Notes: generated by a model from the letters alone, not told the origin. Counted from the first letter of the stretch, positions 32,045-42,963 are shown. The stretch: DNA of 64,000 nucleotides from Burkholderiales bacterium (GCA_038203435.1 JBBRDZ010000001.1:30366-94365), one strand, 5' to 3'. Translations and numbers: made by a program.

Positions 32045-34675
32045 CTACGCTACAGTTTTGCGCTTGGCCGGTTTTTTGACTGTCGCAACTTTTTTGTCGG
32101 CTGGTTTGGCCGCTTTGGTTGCGGTTTTGGACTTGGCAATGGCAGATTTTGCTTTGATAGTCTTGGGCGCCGCCTTGACCTTGGACACTTTGGCCGCAGG
32201 CTTCTTCTTGGCCCTGGTTGTTTTCGCCGTACTCTTGCCGCCGCCTTTGGCAACCTTGGCGGCGATCAATTCCAGCGCCTCCTCCAACGTGAGGTCATCC
32301 GGTGAAACGTCCTTGGGCAGCGTGGCATTGATCTTGCCGTGGCGCACGTAAGGACCGTAGCGCCCGCTACAGATTTCCACACTGGCCTTGTCATCCGGAT
32401 GATCGCCAACCACACGCAATACCGTGTTGCCGTCCCGCGCCTGGGCCAGTAATTCTACCGCGCGCGCCAGACTGATGTCGAAGATGCTGTCGCTGCGCGG
32501 TATCGATTTGAATTTGCCATCGTGCCCGATATAAGGTCCGAAGCGGCCGATGTTGACGATGACTTTCTTTCCGGATTCGGGATGTGTGCCGATTTCGCGA
32601 GGCAGCGAGAGCAGCTTCAGCGCACTGGCGAGATCGGCTTGTTCCAGCGGCATTTCCTTGGGCCATGAGACGCGCTTGGGTTTGACTTTCTCTTCCTTTG
32701 CGGCTTCCCCGAGTTGCACATAGTGGCCGTAGGGTCCGCGCAACAACAATACGGCTTGCTGGCTGTCCGGATGCATACCCAACTCGACTCTGGCCCCGGC
32801 ATCGTCTTGCGATTCGCCGCTCAGGCTGCGCTTGTATTTGCACTCGGGATAGTTGGTGCAGCTGATAAAGCTGCCATAGCGGCTGAGTTTTTTTGCGAGT
32901 GGTTTTCCGCACTCCGGGCACGCCTCGTCGATCAACTCGACCGGACGGTCAATGTCGGCCTTTTCCTTGATGAGCTTGGAGAAACCCTTCCAAAATTCGT
33001 CCATCACCCCAATCCAGTCGCGTTTTCCTTCGGAGACTTCATCGAGTTCGTCTTCGAGATGCGCGGTGAAATCGTAATCCACATAGCGGGTGAAATGATC
33101 GGTCAGGAAGCGGGTGACGACGCGGCCGACATCGGTCGGCATGAAGCGCTTCTTGTCCAGCACGGCGTATTCTCTGGCTTGCAGCGTGGAAATGATGGTG
33201 GCGTAAGTGGACGGCCTGCCGATGCCATATTCCTCGAGCGACTTGACCAGGCTGGCTTCGGAATAGCGCGGCGGCGGCTGGGTGAAGTGCTGTTCGCCAT
33301 ACAGTTTGTCGACAGGCAGCACATCACCTTCTGCCAGCGGCGGAAGTTTGCCGCTCTCTTCCTCGGTCGCGTCATCCACATCTTCCATGTAAACGCCGAT
33401 GAAGCCGGGGAATACCATCACTTGCCCGTTGGCGCGAAACAGCGTGTTGTCACCGCCCAGGCGGATATCCAGGCTGACGGTGTCGAAACGTGCCGGCGCC
33501 ATCTGGCAGGCCAGGGTGCGTTTCCAGATCATTTCGTACAGACGTGCCTGGTCGGCAGTCAGGTGGCTGCGCATGCTGTCCGGGGTGCGCAAAATAGAAG
33601 TCGGGCGGATCGCTTCGTGCGACTCCTGCGCGTTCTTGGTTTTGCTTTTGAAAACCGGCTGGGTTGAGGGCAGATATTCAGACGTGAAATTGTCCTTAAT
33701 GTAATCGCGGATCTCCTGCACCGCTTCTTTGGCCAGCGACACCGAGTCGGTACGCATGTAGGAGATCAAACCGACCGTCTGCCCGCCGATGTCCACACCT
33801 TCGTACAGCGATTGCGCGGTGCGCATGGTGCGGTCGGCGGTCATGCCCAGTTTGCGCACGGCTTCCTGTTGCAGGGTGGAAGTGGTGAAAGGTGCTGCGG
33901 CATAACGCTGCTTGGCTTTTTTCTCGACGCGCACCACCTTGGGGGGCAACTTCGCATCATTGAGCTTGGCGTAGATCGCGTCGTATTCCGCCTGGTTGGC
34001 TATGCTGAGCTGCTCCAGTTTCTTGCCCTGGTACTGGAACAACCTGGCGGTGAACGGCTGGTGATCCTTGTGGCTGTCCAGATGCACGGTCCAGTATTCC
34101 TGGCTCTTGAACGCCTCAATCTCCAGCTCGCGCTCGACGATCATGCGCAGCGCGGGACTCTGCACACGTCCTGCCGACAAGCCGGGGCGGATCTTGCGCC
34201 ACAACAACGGCGACAGATTGAAGCCGACCAGATAATCCAGCGCACGGCGTGCCTGTTGTGCGTTCACCAGCGGCTGGGAGATCTCGCGGGGGTGAGCGAC
34301 CGCTTCGCGCACCGCAGACTGGGTGATCTCGTAGAACACCACGCGCTGCAGGTTCTTGCCCTTCATGCCGCGTTTCGCTTTGAGCACCTCGGCAATGTGC
34401 CAGGCGATCGCTTCTCCCTCGCGGTCCGGATCGGGCGCCAGATAGATGTTGTCCGCGCCGGCTGCCGCTTTGGAGATCGCGTCCATATGCTTGCTGTTGC
34501 GCGCGATGGTCTCGTACTTCATCGCAAAATCGTTTTCGGTATCGACTGCACCGGTCTTCGGGACCAGGTCGCGTACGTGTCCATAGGAGGCGAGTATCTC
34601 GAATTCCTTGCCGAGATATTTTTGCAGCGTCTTGGCTTTTGCCGGAGATTCGACGATCAGTAGATTGGTTGCCAT
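32045..34675 (-). CDS. topA: DNA topoisomerase I with Zn ribbon, C-terminal repeats and Lys/Ala-rich tail
   Basis: IVESPAK, DPDREGEAI, SAGRVQS, YMRTDS; GPYG/GRFGPY/GRYGPY repeats. Confidence 0.98.
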   Translation of the reverse strand: MATNLLIVESPAKAKTLQKYLGKEFEILASYGHVRDLVPKTGAVDTENDFAMKYETIARNSKHMDAISKAAAGADNIYLAPDPDREGEAIAWHIAEVLKAKRGMKGKNLQRVVFYEITQSAVREAVAHPREISQPLVNAQQARRALDYLVGFNLSPLLWRKIRPGLSAGRVQSPALRMIVERELEIEAFKSQEYWTVHLDSHKDHQPFTARLFQYQGKKLEQLSIANQAEYDAIYAKLNDAKLPPKVVRVEKKAKQRYAAAPFTTSTLQQEAVRKLGMTADRTMRTAQSLYEGVDIGGQTVGLISYMRTDSVSLAKEAVQEIRDYIKDNFTSEYLPSTQPVFKSKTKNAQESHEAIRPTSILRTPDSMRSHLTADQARLYEMIWKRTLACQMAPARFDTVSLDIRLGGDNTLFRANGQVMVFPGFIGVYMEDVDDATEEESGKLPPLAEGDVLPVDKLYGEQHFTQPPPRYSEASLVKSLEEYGIGRPSTYATIISTLQAREYAVLDKKRFMPTDVGRVVTRFLTDHFTRYVDYDFTAHLEDELDEVSEGKRDWIGVMDEFWKGFSKLIKEKADIDRPVELIDEACPECGKPLAKKLSRYGSFISCTNYPECKYKRSLSGESQDDAGARVELGMHPDSQQAVLLLRGPYGHYVQLGEAAKEEKVKPKRVSWPKEMPLEQADLASALKLLSLPREIGTHPESGKKVIVNIGRFGPYIGHDGKFKSIPRSDSIFDISLARAVELLAQARDGNTVLRVVGDHPDDKASVEICSGRYGPYVRHGKINATLPKDVSPDDLTLEEALELIAAKVAKGGGKSTAKTTRAKKKPAAKVSKVKAAPKTIKAKSAIAKSKTATKAAKPADKKVATVKKPAKRKTVA

Positions 34676-34690
34676 GCGTGTCGGTTGGTA

Positions 34691-35146
34691 TTAATGCAGT
34701 TGTGCGGAATGAAGCGGCGTGAGCAGCTCCTCGATCAACAACGGATCGAGATCTTGATGGCGGTTCCACAATACCATCAGCATGATCAGCTTGAGCTTGT
34801 CCAGGGCGAGGTTTTCCTGTTTCAGGGCAACCGAGCGATCGATGATCATCTCGCGTTCGACTGCCGAAATCAGGTGCTGTTGTTCGGCAAAAAGCAGGAA
34901 CTGGCGGGCTTCGTCGCTGATGAGCTGCAATTCAAGCACAGCGAAATGACGCTGGCCGGCGTGCTCCAGGATGGCCGGATAGTTGTCCGGATTTTGCTCG
35001 TTCAATGCGGACAGCCAAGTCAGCGCTTCGCTGATTTCTTCGCCTTCAAAACCGGCGGCTGAGAGTTTTCGCGAGAGCTTGTCTGGTTCAGGATAACTGC
35101 CTGCGTCAAAATAACTTTCAAACAGGTACATCAGGATTTCAAACAT
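34691..35146 (-). CDS. smg: Smg/DUF494 protein
   Basis: MFEILMYLFE, LKLIMLMVLW; dprA-smg-topA synteny. Confidence 0.93.
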   Translation of the reverse strand: MFEILMYLFESYFDAGSYPEPDKLSRKLSAAGFEGEEISEALTWLSALNEQNPDNYPAILEHAGQRHFAVLELQLISDEARQFLLFAEQQHLISAVEREMIIDRSVALKQENLALDKLKLIMLMVLWNRHQDLDPLLIEELLTPLHSAQLH

Positions 35147-35161
35147 GATTTGCGCAGTGAG

Positions 35162-36238
35162 TTAATGGATTCTTTGGTACAAGCCACCGGGCAGTACACA
35201 TATCTGGCCGCTGAGCTCAAGTGTCAACAGCATGGCGGATAGCTCGGCTATCGTCAAGCCGCTGCGCATACTGAGCGTGTCCGCATCGACCGGGTCGAAA
35301 CCGATATGTTCCAGCAGTACGGCGTCGTGGACGGCCGCAGTCGGCCCGGAGGCGATGGAAGAGGGCAAACCGCCGAACTCTTCCAGTATGTCCTGTGCAG
35401 TCTCGACCAGTTTTGCGCCCTGCTTGAGCAAGGCGTGGCAACCTTTGCTCTGCGGCGCATGTATCGAACCGGGTATGGCGAACACCTCTCTGCCTTGTTC
35501 CAGGGCCAGTCGCGCGGTGATCAGCGAGCCGCTTTGCAGTGATGCCTCGACCACCAGACAGCCGAGACTCATGCCGCTGATGAGGCGGTTGCGGCGCGGG
35601 AAATTGGCTGCCAGCGGCGGTGTGCCAAGCGGAAACTCCGAAATCAGTGCACCCTGTTGCGCGAGCGTGTGGGCAAGCTCCCGATTGGCGGTGGGATACA
35701 CCTTGTCCAGGCCGGTGCCAACCACGGCGATGCTGCTGCCCTGTCCACGCAACGCACCGCGATGGGCGCCGGCATCGATGCCATGAGCCATGCCGCTGAT
35801 GATACACAATCCGGCTTCGCTCAACGACCTGGCAAACGCCTCGGCGTTGTTGATGCCCTGCGGACTGGCGCCGCGGCTGCCGACGATTGCCAGTGCCGGG
35901 CGGTTCAGCAGATCCAGCCTTCCTTTTACATACAGCAACAACGGCGGGTCGGGAATGTTCAGCAGGGATTGCGGATAATCCGGGTCGGCGAGGGTGACGA
36001 TGTGATTGTTGCCGTCTTGCAACCACGCCAGTGCGGGTTCAATGGCAGCGTCGTCGATACCTTTGCAAAGTTCGGCCGCGAGCGCTGCATTGACGATTGA
36101 CTTGAGCGAACCGATGGAACAAGAAAAAACCGCTTCGGGCGAGCCGAACTCCTTCAGCAGCCGTCGTGCACCTTCACCACCCAAGCCCCGTGTCAGGCTG
36201 AGTGCCAGCCAAGCCTTGAGTGAGGCGTCAATGGTCAC
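35162..36238 (-). CDS. dprA: DNA-processing protein A
   Basis: AIVGSR, SGMAHGID, NFPRRNRLISG, SGSLITA. Confidence 0.97.
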   Translation of the reverse strand: MTIDASLKAWLALSLTRGLGGEGARRLLKEFGSPEAVFSCSIGSLKSIVNAALAAELCKGIDDAAIEPALAWLQDGNNHIVTLADPDYPQSLLNIPDPPLLLYVKGRLDLLNRPALAIVGSRGASPQGINNAEAFARSLSEAGLCIISGMAHGIDAGAHRGALRGQGSSIAVVGTGLDKVYPTANRELAHTLAQQGALISEFPLGTPPLAANFPRRNRLISGMSLGCLVVEASLQSGSLITARLALEQGREVFAIPGSIHAPQSKGCHALLKQGAKLVETAQDILEEFGGLPSSIASGPTAAVHDAVLLEHIGFDPVDADTLSMRSGLTIAELSAMLLTLELSGQICVLPGGLYQRIH

Positions 36239-36241
36239 TGT

Positions 36242-37312
36242 CTAGGGGGTGTTGGCTCGATCCAGCAACTGTACGGGCAATTTGGTCTGCATCACCAGCG
36301 CGTAGGCAACCTTGTTGAAAACGCGGAACACGAATACCAAACCATAGCGTTCATCCGGCAATGTGTAAGATTCGCCGCCGCTTTTTACCACCTCGCCCTT
36401 GTGATACAGCGCCAGCACATGGCCGCTTTCCAGCCCGTCACGAGCGCCCTTGTTCAGTGTGATGACAGAGTTTTGGCCGCCCTGGGTGACGCCGCCATAA
36501 ATGGAAATCACGCTTGCAGAGATCTTGCTCTCGGGTGCGCGCGGCAGATACGCGTTGACCGCATCGGCAGAAGGTGCGACCAGTCGGTCGCCGGCATAGA
36601 TCTCCTGAACGGAATTGATGACCGAGACGGTGCTGACATCGCCAAAATGGGTGACTTCGGCGTTGCCCAGATAGATCGCTTCGACACCCAGCACTTCATC
36701 GGTGTCGGGATCGACAAAGGTTTTGCCGGGCCGGTAGATCTGCCACTGATCGCCTTTGTCTGCGGGCAGGTTTTTGACGAAACCAATATCATCGTTGCCC
36801 AGTATCACCCGGCCTTCACGTGCGCCGATCAGGGTCGGTGCATCGTCCAGTGCACCGGCTTCTATGACCAGAGGTCGTGTCAGAAACGGTGCGATGTCTT
36901 TGGCCGGTATGCTCGGGATGGCATCGTGGTCGCTGGCCAAGACGCGCACTGTTGGCGACAGTCTTGCGGCGCTACCGGTTGCACCGACACCGCTAGCCGG
37001 CATGGTGTTTCCCGCACCGGAATCTCCAAAGTTCAAAGTGCCGCTGTTGCGATCGAGGTAAATCACGTCGCCGGGATAAATCCAGTGCGGGTCCTTGATG
37101 GATTCTTTGTTAAGGCCCCAGATATGGGGCCATTTCCATGGGTCTTTGAAAAATGTCGCGGAAATGTCCCACAGCGTGTCACCCTTGACGACGATGTGCC
37201 GGTCAGGGGCGTCGCTACGGATATCCAACCGGATATCCGAACTGTTCTCGGACGTCGCGGCAAAGGCCAAGACAGGTAATAAAAGGCAAATCAGCGATAT
37301 AATCTTGCGCAT
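36242..37312 (-). CDS. LysM peptidoglycan-binding protein, TsaP-like
   Basis: Signal peptide, VVKGDTLWDIS..PWKWPHIW..PHWIYPGD; def/dprA synteny as for TsaP. Confidence 0.88.
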   Translation of the reverse strand: MRKIISLICLLLPVLAFAATSENSSDIRLDIRSDAPDRHIVVKGDTLWDISATFFKDPWKWPHIWGLNKESIKDPHWIYPGDVIYLDRNSGTLNFGDSGAGNTMPASGVGATGSAARLSPTVRVLASDHDAIPSIPAKDIAPFLTRPLVIEAGALDDAPTLIGAREGRVILGNDDIGFVKNLPADKGDQWQIYRPGKTFVDPDTDEVLGVEAIYLGNAEVTHFGDVSTVSVINSVQEIYAGDRLVAPSADAVNAYLPRAPESKISASVISIYGGVTQGGQNSVITLNKGARDGLESGHVLALYHKGEVVKSGGESYTLPDERYGLVFVFRVFNKVAYALVMQTKLPVQLLDRANTP

Positions 37313-37413
37313 GGAAACTCCGGCAGAGACAAGGTAAGGGGCACGCAAAGTTACTGCGTTGCGTTAAATTTTGCATCTAGTCTACTAAATTAGCAAGCAT
37401 TTATGGGTCACGC

Positions 37414-37902
37414 ATGGCAATCTTGAAAATTCTGCAGTATCCCGACGAGCGCCTGCATAAAATCGCAAAGCAGGTCGCGCACGTCGATAGTGGCACACGC
37501 AATCTGGTGCAAAATATGGCGGAGACGATGTATGCCGCACCTGGTGTGGGATTGGCTGCCACGCAGGTGGATGTGCATGAGCGGATCATTGTGGTGGATA
37601 TTTCCGAGACGCGTAACCAGCTAAAAGTCTTGATCAACCCCGAGATCATCTCCAGCAGCGGCGTTAGCGATTGCGAGGAAGGCTGCCTGTCCGTGCCGGG
37701 AATCTACGATATGGTGAGCCGTGCGGAACGGATCACGGTACGCGCGCTGGATGACCATGGCAAAATTTTCGAGCTTGAAGCCGAGGGCTTGCTGGCGGTT
37801 TGCATACAGCATGAGATGGACCACCTGATCGGCAAGGTCTTTGTCGAGTACCTGTCCCAACTCAAACAAACCCGTATCCGCGCAAAGTTGAAAAAACGCT
37901 GA
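37414..37902 (+). CDS. def: Peptide deformylase
   Basis: [19 protein letters not shown]. Confidence 0.98.
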   Translation: MAILKILQYPDERLHKIAKQVAHVDSGTRNLVQNMAETMYAAPGVGLAATQVDVHERIIVVDISETRNQLKVLINPEIISSSGVSDCEEGCLSVPGIYDMVSRAERITVRALDDHGKIFELEAEGLLAVCIQHEMDHLIGKVFVEYLSQLKQTRIRAKLKKR

Positions 37903-37962
37903 CGCGAGACGATGTAGTCCCGCTTGCCGCGTCGAGCAGAATCTAGCCCGGGAATTTCCGCC

Positions 37963-38904
37963 ATGAAAATCATTTTTGCCGGCACGCCGCATTTCGCTGC
38001 CAGTGCATTGGCAGCGCTGTATGGACAACACCAAATCGTTGCGGTGCTGACACAGCCGGATCGTCATGCCGGTCGGGGTATGCAGCTGTCATCCAGCGCT
38101 GTAAAGCAGCTAGCGCTGCAATACGGATTGCCGGTATGGCAGCCGGCCACGTTGAAGGACGAGGAGATACAACGCTCGATCGCCGCATTGGAAGCCGAGG
38201 TGATGGTGGTGGCCGCTTATGGACTGATCTTGCCGAAGGCGGTGCTGCGGTTGCCGCTACACGGCTGTCTGAACATCCATGCTTCATTTTTGCCGCGCTG
38301 GCGAGGCGCTGCGCCGATTCAGCGCGCGATCCTTGCGGGTGATCAGGAGACCGGCATCACCATCATGCAGATGGACGAAGGGCTGGATACCGGCGATATG
38401 CTGTTACGCCGGCCTTGTCGAATTGCGCAAACTGATACGGCGCAAACCCTGCATGACAAACTGTCCGAGTTGGGCGCAGACGGCATACTCGAAGCGTTGC
38501 GTCTGCTCGGTGATAACCGGTTGATGCCGGTCAGGCAGGACAATAATGATGCGTGTTATGCCGCCAAGCTGCTCAAGGGCGAAGCGCACATCGACTGGCG
38601 TCTGGAGGCGCAACAGATCGAACGCGCGGTACGCGCCTACAATCCTTTCCCGATCGCGCAAACCAAACTGCGCGGCGTGGTGATCAAAATCTGGCAGGCG
38701 GCGATCAGCGACGGCAAACCAACCGGGCCTGACCATCTTCCGGGTAAAGTGGTGGCCGTGGATAAATCCGGCATCACGGTGGCGTGCGGCACAGGCGCAT
38801 TGCGTCTCGAAACACTGCAACGCCCGGGTGGCAAGGCACTACCTGCCGTGCAATTCCTCCAGTCCGTGCCGATACAAGTCGGTGACGATTTCAATGACAG
38901 TTGA
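37963..38904 (+). CDS. fmt: Methionyl-tRNA formyltransferase
   Basis: FAGTPHFA, TQPDR, NIHASFLPRWRGAAPI, GLDTGD. Confidence 0.98.
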   Translation: MKIIFAGTPHFAASALAALYGQHQIVAVLTQPDRHAGRGMQLSSSAVKQLALQYGLPVWQPATLKDEEIQRSIAALEAEVMVVAAYGLILPKAVLRLPLHGCLNIHASFLPRWRGAAPIQRAILAGDQETGITIMQMDEGLDTGDMLLRRPCRIAQTDTAQTLHDKLSELGADGILEALRLLGDNRLMPVRQDNNDACYAAKLLKGEAHIDWRLEAQQIERAVRAYNPFPIAQTKLRGVVIKIWQAAISDGKPTGPDHLPGKVVAVDKSGITVACGTGALRLETLQRPGGKALPAVQFLQSVPIQVGDDFNDS

Positions 38905-40180
38905 GACGCAACACATACAACTCGCCGCCAGTGTCGTGGTTCGGCAAGTATTGGAGATCGGCCGGAACCTCAATCATGTACTCGACGAATCATTGCGCGA
39001 GAAGACAGTCTGGGAGCCTTCACAGCGGGCCGCATTGCAAGACTTGAGCTATGGCGTGCTGCGCTACTACGGCCAGTTGCAGGTGATACTGGATATGTTG
39101 TTGCACAAAGCCTTGTCGGATGAACGCGTGCGTTACCTGCTGCTGGTTGCACTATATCAACTGCAATACGGAAAATCGGCCCAGCACGCGGTGGTCGATC
39201 ATGCGGTGCGGGCGGCTCAGACCTTGAGTCCGAAAGTGGGCGGCCTGGTGAACGCGATCCTGAGGAATTTTTTGCGCAACCAGGCGGTATTGCTGGAACA
39301 ATCCGGGCAAAGCGCGCAGGGAAAATACAGCTACCCGCTGTGGTGGATCGAAGCACTGCAAGCGCAGTATGGCGAACGCAGTGCGGCCATACTCGAAGCC
39401 GGCAATCGGCGCCCGCCGATGACGCTGCGCGTCAACCGGCATCGCATCACGAGCGCAGCTTATATGTTGTTGCTGGCAGAACACGGTATGGACGCGCGGC
39501 AAATCGAGCCGGATGCGCTGCAACTGGCGAAGCCGGTGTCGGTGGACAGGCTGCCGGGATTCCTCGACGGCCTGGTTTCGGTGCAGGACGCCGGTGCGCA
39601 ATACGCTGCGCGGTTGCTGGACGTTCAAGACGGTATGCGCGTGCTGGATGCCTGCGCAGCGCCCGGCGGCAAGACCGCACATGTGCTGGAACGGGTGCGG
39701 GCAGATATGGTGGCCCTGGACAAGGATGCCGGCAGATTGCAGCGGGTCGCGGAAAATCTGCAGCGCTTGCAGCTGGACGCACAACTGATCGCCGGGGATG
39801 CCGCTGAGACGGAGGCGTGGTGGGACGGCACGCCCTTTGCGCGCATACTGGCTGATGTGCCGTGTTCGGCTTCGGGTGTGGTAAGGCGGCATCCGGATAT
39901 CAAATGGCTGCGCCGCAGTCAGGACATCGCCGGATTTGCCTCACAACAACTCGGCATCTTGCGCGCATTATGGCGACTGCTGGCGCAAGATGGTAAATTG
40001 CTCTACGCCACCTGTTCGGTCTTTCATCTGGAGAACGATCAGGTGATCACCGCGTTTCTGGAACTGCAGCCGGATGCGCGGCGTTTGCCGGTAACTTTAC
40101 CCGATCATTCCGGAGGCCAATTGTTGCCGGATGATCAGCATGACGGATTCTTTTATGCATTGTTGCAAAAAATCGTTTAA
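38894..40180 (+). CDS. rsmB: 16S rRNA m5C967 methyltransferase
   Basis: NusB-like N-terminus, DACAAPGGKT, DVPCSASG, YATCS. Confidence 0.97.
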   Translation: MTVETQHIQLAASVVVRQVLEIGRNLNHVLDESLREKTVWEPSQRAALQDLSYGVLRYYGQLQVILDMLLHKALSDERVRYLLLVALYQLQYGKSAQHAVVDHAVRAAQTLSPKVGGLVNAILRNFLRNQAVLLEQSGQSAQGKYSYPLWWIEALQAQYGERSAAILEAGNRRPPMTLRVNRHRITSAAYMLLLAEHGMDARQIEPDALQLAKPVSVDRLPGFLDGLVSVQDAGAQYAARLLDVQDGMRVLDACAAPGGKTAHVLERVRADMVALDKDAGRLQRVAENLQRLQLDAQLIAGDAAETEAWWDGTPFARILADVPCSASGVVRRHPDIKWLRRSQDIAGFASQQLGILRALWRLLAQDGKLLYATCSVFHLENDQVITAFLELQPDARRLPVTLPDHSGGQLLPDDQHDGFFYALLQKIV

Positions 40181-40832
40181 CGCCCTGCTGCGCGGCATGC
40201 TGATCGCATGGTTGTTTTGTGCAGCGGCTCAGGCACAGGGCATAGCCGTCAGCAAGGCGGAATTTCGTGCGGGCGAAGGGGGATACCAGCTCGTTGCGAG
40301 CTTTGACATCAACCTGAATTTCGTGGTCAAGCAGGCGTTGTCCCGCGGCATCCCGATCTATTTTGTCGGCGAGTTTTCGCTGACCCGGGCGCGCTGGTCC
40401 TGGCTGGATTCCGCGCAGCAGGCATTGTCTCATGCGATACCGGACTTTATCTCGGGCGGAACGCCGCTGACACGCTGGTCCTGGATGGACAAGGAGGTAT
40501 TTGCAAGCGAGCAGACCGTCAAGGTGTCTTACAGCGTCATGACCGGGCGATACCGCATCGCGCGCGGCGCGCTGTTTCAGAATTTTGCCAGCCTGGAAGA
40601 AGCGCTGAACATGCTGACCAGACAAAGTTCGACTGTCATTCCGGCTGAGTTGTTGAACACCAAGGACAGCTACATGGCTGCTGCCCGCCTGCGTCTGGAC
40701 ATCGCGCAGCTGCCCAAGCCGTTGCAGGTGAACGCTTTGACCGACAGCGACTGGACACTCGATTCCGATTGGTATCGCTGGGTGATCAGCCCCGCAGAGA
40801 TCGCCGTGCACCACGACGGAAAAACTGAGTGA
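40155..40832 (+). CDS. DUF4390 periplasmic protein
   Basis: Signal peptide, LPKPLQVNAL..W motif; rsmB-DUF4390-ntrY synteny. Confidence 0.88.
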   Translation: MHCCKKSFNALLRGMLIAWLFCAAAQAQGIAVSKAEFRAGEGGYQLVASFDINLNFVVKQALSRGIPIYFVGEFSLTRARWSWLDSAQQALSHAIPDFISGGTPLTRWSWMDKEVFASEQTVKVSYSVMTGRYRIARGALFQNFASLEEALNMLTRQSSTVIPAELLNTKDSYMAAARLRLDIAQLPKPLQVNALTDSDWTLDSDWYRWVISPAEIAVHHDGKTE

Positions 40833-40839
40833 CGGCGCG

Positions 40840-42963
40840 ATGAGATACCTGATATTCATCAGTGTTGCGTTGAGTGGTGCGCTGTTGTACCTGTTGTCCA
40901 GCAGTAGCGCCAATACCGAGGGGTTCTCATCCGACTACTATAGTCTGCTTGGCATCACCGGCGTGCTCGCCTCCGGCCTGCTGGGCCTGGTCAGCTACCA
41001 GTTGTGGCGTTTGCGCGACAAGCTGAAGCACAAGGTGTTCGGTGCCAAACTGACGTTGCGACTGGTATTGTTCTTCACGCTGATCGGCGTATTGCCCGGC
41101 ATTTTGATCTATGCGGTATCGGTACAATTTCTGGATAACAGCATAGAGTCATGGTTTGACGTGCGTGTTGAAAAGGCACTGGAGGGTGGCCTCAACCTTG
41201 GCAAGAGCGGCTTGGACAACAGTCTCAAGGAGCTCGCAAAAAAAGCGCAGTTCACCGCATCGTTGCTGGCCGGAAAATCGACCGTGCAGTACCAGCATAT
41301 ACTGGATCAACTGGTGGATGATGAGGTCGCGCAGGAAGCCGTCATCTTTTCCGTGCAGGGAAAATTGATCTCGTCTTCGGCGCGTGGCCAAAAGCACCCG
41401 CCGGACAAGCCCGACGGTGAGTTGCTGCGACTGACGTTGCAACATGGCAAATATGCGGTGATTGATACTTTGCCGGACAGGGGAATGACGCTGCTTGCGC
41501 TGGTGATGGTAGAGTCGAAAGCCTCGCCGCCGGCGCGCAACGTGTTGCAATTCAGCCAGCCGGTTCCCAAGCAGATCGAAGCGGATACCGAGACCGTGCA
41601 AACGGTATATCGCGATTATCAGGAACTGACGCTGTCCCGGCTCGGTTTGAAGCGGCTGTACGGGATCACACTGACGCTTTCCTTGCTGGTGGTGTTGCTG
41701 ACGGCGGTATCTGCGGCATTTTTTCTCAGCGAACGATTCGGTTCTTCGCTGGAAGCGCTGGCGGAAGGGACGCGAGCGGTGGCACAAGGCGATTTCACCG
41801 AACAATACCCGATACGCAGCAGCGATGAGCTGGGCGCGCTGACCGGTTTGTTCAACCAGATGACGCGCCAGTTGTTCGAAGCCAAGCAGTCCAGCGAACA
41901 ACAACAGCGCGTGGTGGAAAGCGCCAAAGTGCATCTGGAGAGCGTGTTGACCCATTTGTCTTCCGGTGTGCTGGCGCTGGACCATGAGTTGCGCCTGCGT
42001 TCGGTGAACACCAGTGCTGCGCTTATACTGGCCGCGCCTTTGCATGAGATGCAGCGTCTGTCGCTAAGCCAGATGGCCGAGAAATATCCTTTGCTCAGGT
42101 CATTTTGCCAAACGGTGATGGATGCGTTCGGCGAAACCGGCAGCGGCGAATGGCAACGGCAGATCGAACGGCTCGGCAAGGAAGGAAACCAGATATTGTT
42201 GATGCGCGGGACCCGTTTGCCGCAGGGCGGGGAAGCCGGGTTTGTGGTGGTGTTTGATGATATCAGCCACCTGCTGCAGGCAGAACGGCAGGCAGCGTGG
42301 GGCGAAGTGGCGCGCCGTCTGGCACACGAGATCAAGAATCCGCTCACTCCGATACAATTGTCGGCAGAACGCTTGCAGCACAAACTCAACGACAAGCTCG
42401 ACGAAGACGATGCGCAATTGCTGCGCCGTGCCACGCAAACCATCGTCAGTCAGGTGGGCGCGATGAAGAACATGGTGAACGATTTTGCCAATTACGCGCG
42501 CGGACCGGCGTTGAAGTTGTCGCATCTGGATGTACACCAGTTGGTCAGGGAGGTGCTGGGCTTGTATGAGACCAATGCCATATCCATCGTGCTGGAACTG
42601 GAAGCGGTGCACAGCGATGTGAATGGCGATGCGACCCGTTTGCGGCAAGTCATCCACAATCTGCTGCAGAATTCCCAGGATGCGCTGCACGGCGTCACCA
42701 CACCGCAGATCAGGCTGCATACGGAAACGCTGACTGGGGAAATTCAGCTCTGTGTCGAGGATAATGGTCCGGGATTTTCGGACAGTGTCCTGAAGCGGGC
42801 TTTCGAGCCCTACATGACGACCAAGGCCAAGGGTACCGGATTGGGATTGGCGATCGTGAAGAAGATCGTTGAAGAACACGGCGGACACATCACTATAGAG
42901 AACAGCCAGCACGGTGGAGCGCGAGTCAACATCAGCCTGCCGCTGGCCGAGGAGACAACATGA
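40840..42963 (+). CDS. NtrY-like sensor histidine kinase (HAMP-PAS-HisKA-HATPase)
   Basis: AWGEVARRLAHEIKNPLTPIQLSAE, DNGPG, GTGLGL. Confidence 0.95.
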   Translation: MRYLIFISVALSGALLYLLSSSSANTEGFSSDYYSLLGITGVLASGLLGLVSYQLWRLRDKLKHKVFGAKLTLRLVLFFTLIGVLPGILIYAVSVQFLDNSIESWFDVRVEKALEGGLNLGKSGLDNSLKELAKKAQFTASLLAGKSTVQYQHILDQLVDDEVAQEAVIFSVQGKLISSSARGQKHPPDKPDGELLRLTLQHGKYAVIDTLPDRGMTLLALVMVESKASPPARNVLQFSQPVPKQIEADTETVQTVYRDYQELTLSRLGLKRLYGITLTLSLLVVLLTAVSAAFFLSERFGSSLEALAEGTRAVAQGDFTEQYPIRSSDELGALTGLFNQMTRQLFEAKQSSEQQQRVVESAKVHLESVLTHLSSGVLALDHELRLRSVNTSAALILAAPLHEMQRLSLSQMAEKYPLLRSFCQTVMDAFGETGSGEWQRQIERLGKEGNQILLMRGTRLPQGGEAGFVVVFDDISHLLQAERQAAWGEVARRLAHEIKNPLTPIQLSAERLQHKLNDKLDEDDAQLLRRATQTIVSQVGAMKNMVNDFANYARGPALKLSHLDVHQLVREVLGLYETNAISIVLELEAVHSDVNGDATRLRQVIHNLLQNSQDALHGVTTPQIRLHTETLTGEIQLCVEDNGPGFSDSVLKRAFEPYMTTKAKGTGLGLAIVKKIVEEHGGHITIENSQHGGARVNISLPLAEETT

